From NCBI GenBank assembly GCA_963840885.1, contig CAWJAN010000005.1, positions 12,887 through 76,886 of the forward strand: a stretch of DNA of 64,000 nt. Reading direction: 5' to 3'. The number at the start of each line of letters is the position of its first letter. Positions within the stretch are counted from its first letter, which is position 1. This DNA is from an uncultured bacterium (GTDB lineage Bacteria > Patescibacteriota > Minisyncoccia > Phycocordibacterales > GWA1-40-21). Shown here one piece after another: positions 55,226-64,000 of the stretch. Position numbers and translations under genes: made by a program. The notes under the pieces are model-generated. The model searched no databases. It worked only from the letters and a program-made list of their open reading frames with translations, and was not told where the DNA came from.

Positions 55226-56215
55226 ATGTCTAAAGAATCTGGCAGAAAAATACTCCTTTCCGGCGTAAAGCCGACGGGAACCGTGCATATAGGCAACTAT
55301 TTCGGCGCAATGAAGCAGTTCGTGGACCTGCAGAATGAATACGACTGCTATATCTTCATAGCCGATTATCATGCGATGACCACCGTCCAAAACAGAGACG
55401 AACTTTCCAAGGGAATCATCGACGTTGCATTGGATTACCTGGCTATCGGCCTTGATCCAAAAAAAATCGTGCTTTTCAAACAGTCCGATGTTCCGCAGGT
55501 CGCCGAGCTGACCTGGATCTTTAATTGCCTTACAACGGTTCCGTATCTGGAAAGAGCTCATGCATATAAAGACGCTGAGGCTAAAAACAAAGAAGTAAGT
55601 GCCGGCCTTTTCGATTATCCTATTCTCATGGCTTCCGATATTTTGATTCAGGATGCTGACGTCGTTCCTGTCGGCCAGGACCAAAAACAGCATATTGAAT
55701 ATGCGCGCGACACAGCGCAAAAATTCAACCGCGTTTATGGCGAGACTTTCAAATTGCCAGAGCCTCTCATACTTTCTCATGTAGAAACAGTTCCGGGAAC
55801 GGACGGCAGAAAAATGAGCAAGAGCTACGATAATGTCATCCCGCTTTTTGCCACAGATGATGAAATAAAAAAAGCGGTTATGAAAATCCCGACGGATTCC
55901 AAAGGCGTGAATGAGCCGAAAAACACGGATGAATCTATTCTTTTCGGCGTTCACAAGCTTTTCCTCGATGAAGATGGAATAAAAAACTTGAAAGAAAAAT
56001 ACGAAAAAAATGGAATAGGATATAAGGAAGCGAAAGAACTTCTCATAAATGATATGTCGGCATTTATAAAGCCTCTCAGGGAAAAAAGGGAAATGCTCAA
56101 AAAAGACATAGAAGCGGTTTTGGACATCCTGAAAGAAGGCGGGAAGCGCGCATCAATGAGAGCCGATAAGAAAATGGCTGAAGTCAGGGAGAAAGTAGGA
56201 TTAGAAATATATTAA
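55226..56215 (+). CDS. trpS: Tryptophan--tRNA ligase
   Basis: HIGH-class TGTVHIGNYFGAM and KMSKS motifs. Confidence 0.9.
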   Translation: MSKESGRKILLSGVKPTGTVHIGNYFGAMKQFVDLQNEYDCYIFIADYHAMTTVQNRDELSKGIIDVALDYLAIGLDPKKIVLFKQSDVPQVAELTWIFNCLTTVPYLERAHAYKDAEAKNKEVSAGLFDYPILMASDILIQDADVVPVGQDQKQHIEYARDTAQKFNRVYGETFKLPEPLILSHVETVPGTDGRKMSKSYDNVIPLFATDDEIKKAVMKIPTDSKGVNEPKNTDESILFGVHKLFLDEDGIKNLKEKYEKNGIGYKEAKELLINDMSAFIKPLREKREMLKKDIEAVLDILKEGGKRASMRADKKMAEVREKVGLEIY

Positions 56216-56222
56216 ATAATTT

Positions 56223-57620
56223 ATGCAAAGAACATACATTGGAGAACTCGGCAAAAAGACCGGAGAAGAAGTGAAAATCTGCGGCTGGGTAGATATAAGG
56301 CGCGATCACGGCAAGCTTATTTTTATAGATGCGCGCGATATGTCGGGAAAAGTCCAGATGGTGGCTTTGCCTAATCATAAAGAAGCGCACGAACTGGCCA
56401 ATAAAGTCAGGCCGGAATGGGTGATTGAAGTCACGGGAAAAGTAAATGCCAGGCCGGAAAAAATGATAAACAAGGACGAACCAAACGGCTCGGTTGAAAT
56501 TGAAATACTTTCCATGAATGTTCTGAACGAAGCCATTACTCCTGCGATAGATGTCCGCGGAGACGGAATGGATATAGGAGAAGATGCAAGGCTTAAATAC
56601 AGGTATCTTGATTTGAGAAGGCCGAGAATGCAGAAAAATATCCGAAACAGGTTCAAATTCGTCCAATCCGTCAGGAACTTTTTCGAAAAGAACGGATTTA
56701 CAGAAATAGAAACTCCGTCAATGACGGCTTCCACTCCTGAAGGCTCGAGGGATTTTATAATTCCATCGCGTCTTGAGCCGGGAAAATTTTACGCTCTTCC
56801 TCAATCGCCTCAGCAATACAAGCAGCTACTCATGGCTTCCGGCTTTGAAAAATATTTCCAATTCGCAAGATGCTACAGGGATGAAGACTCGCGAGGAGAC
56901 AGGCAGCCGGAATTCACGCAGATGGATCTTGAAATGAGCTTTGCTACAGAAGAAGAAGTGATGAATGTGAACGAAAAAGCCCTGATAGAAGCCGTTCAAA
57001 AACTTTATCCTCACAAAAAAATACAAGAAATTCCTTTTCCAAGGATTACCTACAAAGAAGCTATGGAAAAATACGGTTCGGACAAACCAGATATAAGAAA
57101 AGACAAAAATGACAATGAGCTCTTGGCTTTCGCATGGGTGGTTGATTTCCCGATGTTTGAAAAAGGAGATGATGGCAAATGGACGTTCACCCACAATCCT
57201 TTTTCAGGAACAAAACCGGAATCATTCAATGACCTGATGAATAAAGAAAATATAGAAAATATAATGGCGGCCCAATATGATATTACGCTAAACGGCAATG
57301 AAATCGGCGGCGGAAGCATCAGAAACCATAAGCCGGAAGCTCTTAAAAAAGTCTTTGAAATCATGGGATACGATAATGAAAGGATAGAAAAAAACTTCGG
57401 CCATATGCTTAAAGCTTTTGAGTCCGGCACGCCTCCGCATGGCGGAATAGCTTGGGGGCTCGACAGGCTTATGATGATTCTAGAAAACGAACCCAACATA
57501 AGAGAGGTTATAGCGTTTGCAAAAACAGGCGAAGGAAAAGATTTGATGGTGGATGCTCCATCTGAAGTTTCATCCGCACAGCTCAAAGAGCTTAGCATCG
57601 AAATCAAGAAGAAAAAATAA
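56223..57620 (+). CDS. aspS: Aspartate--tRNA ligase, bacterial-type motifs but lacking the GAD insertion domain (465 aa)
   Basis: Motif 2 FQFARCYRDEDSRGDRQPEFTQMDLEMSF, motif 3 GGGSIR, and FPRITYKEAMEKYGSDKPD running directly into LLAFAWVVDFPMFE. Confidence 0.85.
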   Translation: MQRTYIGELGKKTGEEVKICGWVDIRRDHGKLIFIDARDMSGKVQMVALPNHKEAHELANKVRPEWVIEVTGKVNARPEKMINKDEPNGSVEIEILSMNVLNEAITPAIDVRGDGMDIGEDARLKYRYLDLRRPRMQKNIRNRFKFVQSVRNFFEKNGFTEIETPSMTASTPEGSRDFIIPSRLEPGKFYALPQSPQQYKQLLMASGFEKYFQFARCYRDEDSRGDRQPEFTQMDLEMSFATEEEVMNVNEKALIEAVQKLYPHKKIQEIPFPRITYKEAMEKYGSDKPDIRKDKNDNELLAFAWVVDFPMFEKGDDGKWTFTHNPFSGTKPESFNDLMNKENIENIMAAQYDITLNGNEIGGGSIRNHKPEALKKVFEIMGYDNERIEKNFGHMLKAFESGTPPHGGIAWGLDRLMMILENEPNIREVIAFAKTGEGKDLMVDAPSEVSSAQLKELSIEIKKKK

Positions 57621-58006
57621 TGCAGGATTGTATTTTTTGTAAAATCATAGAAGGAAAAATTCCAAGTGCAAAAGTCTGGGAAGATGAAAAATATTTCGCC
57701 TTTCTCGACTCAAACCCGCTTAATCCCGGACATACTCTTCTTATGCCCAAAAAGCATGATGATTATGTTTTCGACTTGCCGGACGACGAATATACTGAGC
57801 TCATGCTAAAAGCCAAAACGCTGGCAAAAAAATTGAAAGAAAAAATCGGATCGAAAAAAATCGGGCTTATCGTTGAAGGATTCGGCGTTCCGCACGTACA
57901 CATTCACCTGGTGCCTATAAATCATGGCCATGAGCTGGATTCTTCACGTGCCAAGCCGGCAACTAAAGAAGAGCTCGATGAAGTATTGAAAATCATAAAC
58001 AGCTGA
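57620..58006 (+). CDS. HIT family protein
   Basis: Histidine triad HVHIHLVP. The start overlaps the aspS stop (TAATG). Confidence 0.8.
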   Translation: MQDCIFCKIIEGKIPSAKVWEDEKYFAFLDSNPLNPGHTLLMPKKHDDYVFDLPDDEYTELMLKAKTLAKKLKEKIGSKKIGLIVEGFGVPHVHIHLVPINHGHELDSSRAKPATKEELDEVLKIINS

Positions 58007-58755
58007 TGAAAGATAATAATCAATTCCAAATCAAAACCGAAGTTTTCGAAGGCCCTCTTGAGCTCCTGCTTTCGCTCATAGAAAAAAGAAAGCTGCTTAT
58101 AAACGACGTGTCGCTAGCCAAAGTCACGGACGACTTCATCTTATACCTGCAGAATAGGCAAGAATACTCGATAAAAGACGCTTCTGACTTCCTTGTCATC
58201 GCCGCGACTTTGCTACTCATAAAATCCAAATCGCTTTTGCCGACTCTTGACCTGACCGACGAAGAAAAATCGGATATAAACGACCTTGAACTCAAGCTGA
58301 AGATCTACAAGAAAATAAAAGAGCTTTCGGTCCATGTAAAAAACACGTTCGGAAAAAATATAATGTTTTTCCCAAATGTCAGAAAAATGGAACCTGTATT
58401 TTCCCCCGACTCTTCCATGACAAAAGAGAATCTGACAAACGCCATTTTCGGCGTAATAAAGAGTTTTCCTAAATTCGAGGTGAAGCCGAAAGTCAAGATT
58501 GCAAAAGTCATCTCGCTTGAAGAAATGATAGGCGACCTTACGAAAAGGATACAATCTTCGCTTAAGATGAGCTTCAGGGATTTTTCCGGAATGGGCCTGC
58601 CTGGCCAGGGCAAGGCGGACAGGGTGAATGTCATTGTTTCATTTCTCGCTATGCTTGAGCTCGTGAAGCAGGGTTTGATAGAAGCCGAGCAGAATGATAA
58701 ATTTGGAGATATAAATATGGAGACGAAGGAAGTCGGCGGAGTTCCGAGTTATTAA
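58006..58755 (+). CDS. scpA: Segregation and condensation protein A
   Basis: FEGPLELLLSLIEKRKLLINDVSLAKVTDDFILYL. Confidence 0.8.
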   Translation: MKDNNQFQIKTEVFEGPLELLLSLIEKRKLLINDVSLAKVTDDFILYLQNRQEYSIKDASDFLVIAATLLLIKSKSLLPTLDLTDEEKSDINDLELKLKIYKKIKELSVHVKNTFGKNIMFFPNVRKMEPVFSPDSSMTKENLTNAIFGVIKSFPKFEVKPKVKIAKVISLEEMIGDLTKRIQSSLKMSFRDFSGMGLPGQGKADRVNVIVSFLAMLELVKQGLIEAEQNDKFGDINMETKEVGGVPSY

Positions 58756-58769
58756 TAACAGAAATAAAA

Positions 58770-59366
58770 ATGTCAGAACAAAATTTAGAAAAACAAGTTG
58801 AAGCTATCCTATTTTGGTACGGCGAACCGGTAAAGATAAAAAAATTGGTGCAGATCTTAGAGAAAACCGAAGAGGAAATCTCTTCGGCTCTTAAAACCCT
58901 TGAATCAAGCTTGTCGGGCAGGGGAATAGCGCTTATTTCAAAAGACGATGAAGTCGCTCTCGGCACATCGAAGGATTTTTCAGATCTCATAGAAAAAATC
59001 ACGAAAGAAGAGCTGGTGAAAGACCTTGGGCGAGCCGGTCTTGAAACTCTTTCCATAATAATATATCAGGGGCCGATTTCTCGCGCCGAGATAGATTACA
59101 TAAGGGGCGTGCAGTCAAATTTCATCTTGAGAAATCTTATGATCCGCGGACTTGTGGAAAAAATACCGAATCCTAAAGACCAAAGAAGCTTCCTGTACAG
59201 GCCGACTTTCGACCTCCTGAATTATCTCGGAGTTTCAAAGATAGAAGATATGCCTGAATTCGAAAAAGCCAGGGCCGAAATAGAAAGCTATAAGAATTCC
59301 TCTAAAGAGGCCGCTCCTGTTGAAAACGAAGATTCCGCAAAAGAAGCTGTCGCGGAATCAGCATAA
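58770..59366 (+). CDS. scpB: Segregation and condensation protein B
   Basis: Tandem winged-helix pattern VEAILFWYGEPVKIKKLVQIL..., directly downstream of scpA. Confidence 0.8.
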   Translation: MSEQNLEKQVEAILFWYGEPVKIKKLVQILEKTEEEISSALKTLESSLSGRGIALISKDDEVALGTSKDFSDLIEKITKEELVKDLGRAGLETLSIIIYQGPISRAEIDYIRGVQSNFILRNLMIRGLVEKIPNPKDQRSFLYRPTFDLLNYLGVSKIEDMPEFEKARAEIESYKNSSKEAAPVENEDSAKEAVAESA

Positions 59367-59383
59367 TCTGATATAAATAATAC

Positions 59384-60307
59384 ATGCATCCTTTCGTATC
59401 TCTCAAAAAGGTTTTTGAAGTTTTTCTTTCAGCGATTTTAATATTGATTATTGCGTTCTTATTCGTTGTCATAGCAAATCAGGCGGGAAACGAGAAGATA
59501 GCGAAAAATGAAGCTGCGGATAATGCGCCATACGCTTCCAGCTTGTCAGAGATACAGGGAAAATCATTTTATGTCTACGATATATATTCGAATGAAGTTC
59601 TTTTTTCGAAAAACGAGCATGAAAGCCTTCCTCTCGCATCGATAACGAAACTGATGACCAGCCTTGTGGCTCTGGATATGATTCCTGAAACATCGACTGT
59701 AACCATAAGCGAAGGCGATGTTGCGCTCGGAAGCGGCACCGGGCTTGTCGTGGGAGAAAAATGGAAGCTAATAGATCTCATGGATTTCAGCTTAATCACT
59801 TCTTCAAATGACGGCATTCATGCCATAGCAATGCTAGCTGATTCGATAAGCGGAGAAAATATCGTAAGCCTCATGAATGAACGCGCAAAAACACTGGGGC
59901 TCGGCGATACCGTCTTTTACAATGTAACCGGCCTCGATGTAGACAATAATTTAAGCGGCGCATACAGCTCATCATATGATGTTTCCAAGCTCATAGAAAA
60001 TATACTCAGCATAAATCCTAGAATAATAAAAGAAACGCCAAATGTATCGGAAAAATTCATATCTGAAAGCGATATAGTGCATTATGCATCCAATACGGAT
60101 GAGGCCATAGATGCCATTCCTTCATTAATAGCATCCAAAACAGGATTTACCGATCTCGCCGGCGGTAATTTGGCGGTGGTATTCGACGGAGGATTCGATC
60201 ATCCAATAATAGCGGTGGTACTCGGCTCTACAGAATCCGGGCGCTTTACGGACATGGAAAATCTTGTTAACTTGTCGCTAAAAAAACTTTCGGCGGAAAA
60301 CAAATAA
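59384..60307 (+). CDS. D-alanyl-D-alanine carboxypeptidase (PBP5/DacA-like serine peptidase), membrane-anchored
   Basis: SxxK motif LASITKLMT, SxN motif (SSND) and KTG motif (SKTGFT). Confidence 0.75.
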   Translation: MHPFVSLKKVFEVFLSAILILIIAFLFVVIANQAGNEKIAKNEAADNAPYASSLSEIQGKSFYVYDIYSNEVLFSKNEHESLPLASITKLMTSLVALDMIPETSTVTISEGDVALGSGTGLVVGEKWKLIDLMDFSLITSSNDGIHAIAMLADSISGENIVSLMNERAKTLGLGDTVFYNVTGLDVDNNLSGAYSSSYDVSKLIENILSINPRIIKETPNVSEKFISESDIVHYASNTDEAIDAIPSLIASKTGFTDLAGGNLAVVFDGGFDHPIIAVVLGSTESGRFTDMENLVNLSLKKLSAENK

Positions 60308-60349
60308 AAAAAATTGTTTTTTGGCCAGAAAACCTTATAATTATCTTTT

Positions 60350-61435
60350 ATGGAAACAAACGTAATCAAAGTGATACTTCCTTCTGTGGTATCTTTCGTA
60401 ATAGGGGTGGCCTTTACGCCCATTCTTACGGACTTCCTGTATAAGCACAAACTATGGAAGAAAAAAAGCGTATCAAAGACCATTGATGGCAGGGAAGCGA
60501 CGATATCCGCATCCCTCCACAAGGATGAACAGAAAAAAACTCCGCGAATGGGAGGAATAGTGGTGTGGTTCTCTACATTTATAACTATTTCAGCAATATG
60601 GCTGCTGGCTGAAATGAATATAGGAAATGGAGTTTTTTCAAAATTGGATTTGCTTTCCAGAAACCAGACTTGGATTCCTCTCCTTACTCTTATTATAGGA
60701 GGGCTCATAGGCCTGATAGACGATTATCTTGTAACAAGAGAAACGCCTGAAGGCGGATATATCGGCGGGGGATTTTCGCTTAAAAAAAGGCTTCTTGCTG
60801 TGGGTATAATATCTTTTTTATGCGCCGCGTGGTTTTACTACAAGCTTGGCGTAATCGGCATAGGGACATTTTATACCGGCCAATTGATAAATATGGGAAT
60901 ATTCTTCATTCCTTTCTTTATGATAGTGGTTATAGCGATATATTCCGGAAGTGTCATAGACGGAATAGACGGCTTATCCGGGGGAATATTCGCAACCATG
61001 TTCTTCGCTTATGCGATAATAGCTTTCAATCAGCAGCAATTCAACCTGGCTGCATTCTGCACGACTCTTGTCGGAGCGATCCTTGCATTCCTCTGGTTCA
61101 ATATTCCGCCGGCAAGATATTATATGTCGGATACGGGAATGATGGGTCTTACCATCACGCTCGGAATCGTAGCGTTCATGACTGACGCTCTCGGAAACGG
61201 GCATGGAATACTCGTGCTGCCCATAATAGCTTTTCCTTTGGTAATCACTTCTGGCTCGAATATAATACAGCTTCTTTCAAAAAAATACCGCGGCAGAAAA
61301 GTTTTTCTGGTCGCTCCTCTTCATCACCACTTTGAAGCCATAGGCTGGCCAGCATATAAGGTGGTAATGAGATACTGGATTTTCGGCGCAATATGTTCCG
61401 TGCTCGGAGTAATACTCGCTCTTATAAAAATATAA
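60350..61435 (+). CDS. mraY: Phospho-N-acetylmuramoyl-pentapeptide transferase
   Basis: KTPRMGG, DDYL and GIDGLSGG motifs; about 10 TM segments. Confidence 0.9.
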   Translation: METNVIKVILPSVVSFVIGVAFTPILTDFLYKHKLWKKKSVSKTIDGREATISASLHKDEQKKTPRMGGIVVWFSTFITISAIWLLAEMNIGNGVFSKLDLLSRNQTWIPLLTLIIGGLIGLIDDYLVTRETPEGGYIGGGFSLKKRLLAVGIISFLCAAWFYYKLGVIGIGTFYTGQLINMGIFFIPFFMIVVIAIYSGSVIDGIDGLSGGIFATMFFAYAIIAFNQQQFNLAAFCTTLVGAILAFLWFNIPPARYYMSDTGMMGLTITLGIVAFMTDALGNGHGILVLPIIAFPLVITSGSNIIQLLSKKYRGRKVFLVAPLHHHFEAIGWPAYKVVMRYWIFGAICSVLGVILALIKI

Positions 61436-61445
61436 ATAAAAGCCG

Positions 61446-62546
61446 ATGATAAGGAAAAATGAAAGCGTAGACAGATTTTTTTTAACGATAAACATAATTC
61501 TCCTTGTCATAGGCTTCACGATTTTCTTATCGGCATCGCTCGGTATACTTGCCAATGATTCCGCCCAGTTCAGCTCAATCGTTTTCAAACAGGTTTTTTT
61601 CGGGATAATACTCGGGCTCGTAGCATGTTTTATTTTTTCCAGGATAAATTACAAGATATTAAAAAAATATTCTCTTGCGATTTTTATATTCTCAGCAATC
61701 CTGACTATCTTGGTGTTTATACCGCATATAGGAGCCACTATTAACGGCGCGAGAAGATGGATAATATTGTGGGGTTTTTCTTTCCAGCCCACATCAGTGC
61801 TGAGTTTCGGATTCATAGTTTATTGGGCCACATGGCTTTCTTATGCCAAAGAAAAGGTTTCTGAATTAAAATATGGGATACTGCCGCTTATTGCCATGCT
61901 TTCCCTGACAGGAATACTTCTTCTGCTTGAACCTGACACAGATTCCTTCATAGTGCTTGGAATGACCGGAGTGGCTATGCTTTGGTTTGCTGGAGGCAAG
62001 CTAAGGCATGTGATCTATCTGGGCATTGCCGCAATCGTATGCGTGGCCATATTGGCTCTCGCAAGGCCTTATGTGATGTCCAGGCTTAAATCTTTCATAG
62101 ATCCTTCGGCAAATTCGCAGACTTCAGGATATCAGCTTCAGCAATCGTCTATAGCCATAGGTTCTGGAGAAATGTTCGGAAAAGGACTAGGTCAAAGCAT
62201 TCAAAAATATAAATTCTTGCCGGAATCAATCAGTGATTCGGTCTTCGCAGTGCTTGGGGAAGAACTAGGATTTATCGGATCAGTCGGGGTAATAATATTA
62301 TTCCTGATTTTCATATTCCGCGGATTAAGGATAGCGATAAGCGCTCCGGATTCTTTCGGTGGACTTTTGGTGTCTGGAATTGTTATACTTATAACTGTCC
62401 AGTCTTTCACAAATATAGCCTCAATACTGGGCATAATTCCTTTTTCAGGCATTCCTTTGGCTTTTTTCAGCCAAGGCGGGACTTCGATGCTCGTAATGCT
62501 TGCCGAGATAGGGATAGTTCTGAATGTCTCGAGATTCAGCAAATAA
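61446..62546 (+). CDS. ftsW: SEDS-family peptidoglycan glycosyltransferase (FtsW/RodA)
   Basis: Polytopic, with SEDS blocks GARRWI and QLQQSSIAIGSGEMFGKGLGQS. It lies between mraY and murG. Confidence 0.85.
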   Translation: MIRKNESVDRFFLTINIILLVIGFTIFLSASLGILANDSAQFSSIVFKQVFFGIILGLVACFIFSRINYKILKKYSLAIFIFSAILTILVFIPHIGATINGARRWIILWGFSFQPTSVLSFGFIVYWATWLSYAKEKVSELKYGILPLIAMLSLTGILLLLEPDTDSFIVLGMTGVAMLWFAGGKLRHVIYLGIAAIVCVAILALARPYVMSRLKSFIDPSANSQTSGYQLQQSSIAIGSGEMFGKGLGQSIQKYKFLPESISDSVFAVLGEELGFIGSVGVIILFLIFIFRGLRIAISAPDSFGGLLVSGIVILITVQSFTNIASILGIIPFSGIPLAFFSQGGTSMLVMLAEIGIVLNVSRFSK

Positions 62547-62561
62547 ATCTTCGCACCGAAA

Positions 62562-64000
<1,439 letters not shown>

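Noticed and set aside
55196-55954. 252-aa minus-strand ORF
   Set aside because: It is antisense to trpS, whose HIGH and KMSKS motifs are on the + strand.
57050-57607. 185-aa minus-strand ORF
   Set aside because: It is antisense to aspS.

Overview
This 64-kb window is gene-dense and low in GC, roughly 38-40% by eye. It almost certainly comes from a small-genome, Gram-positive-like bacterium of the Candidate Phyla Radiation (Patescibacteria) type. Supporting signs are a shortened AlaRS, a bacterial-type AspRS without the GAD insertion, many small hypothetical proteins, a giant surface protein, and no recognisable mobile elements. Nearly all genes are on the + strand. Recognisable content includes two paralogous HlyD-adaptor/MacB-type ABC efflux operons (one 5'-truncated at the window start, one at 19.6-23.2 kb). 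There is a tRNA cluster of Val(CAC), Ala(GGC), Ala(CGC) and Pro(CGG) with a tRNA-Val remnant. The ribosomal alpha-operon block infA-rpmJ-rpsM-rpsK-rpsD-rpoA-rplQ is followed by rplM-rpsI and a convergent, previously uncalled bS21-like ORF. The heat-shock locus grpE-(hyp)-dnaK-(asparaginase-like)-dnaJ is present, as are the aaRS genes alaS, trpS, aspS and gltX (partial). Other calls include tgt, mnmA, ychF, scpAB and the cell-wall genes dacA-like/mraY/ftsW/murG. The most unusual region is 23.5-30.9 kb. It holds a 1910-aa surface protein built from a Gly-rich region, at least 15 Ig-like (DUF5011-type) modules, a PKD domain, a beta-solenoid-like S/T-rich region and a C-terminal TM anchor, with three perfect 210-bp internal DNA repeats. 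Divergently adjacent is a GC-rich (~55-58%) gene, probably horizontally acquired, that carries the same Ig-like module. The two are separated by a 575-bp AT-rich region containing an operator-like triple 9-mer. Other notable items are a tandem pair of novel paralogous genes, each with its own promoter and terminator; a pair of tiny zinc-ribbon paralogs upstream of the efflux operon; a standalone Cas4-like PD-(D/E)XK nuclease; an ATP-cone/Mrr fusion nuclease; and a CCCNGGG repeat array upstream of grpE. No rRNA, CRISPR array, transposase or integrase was seen.
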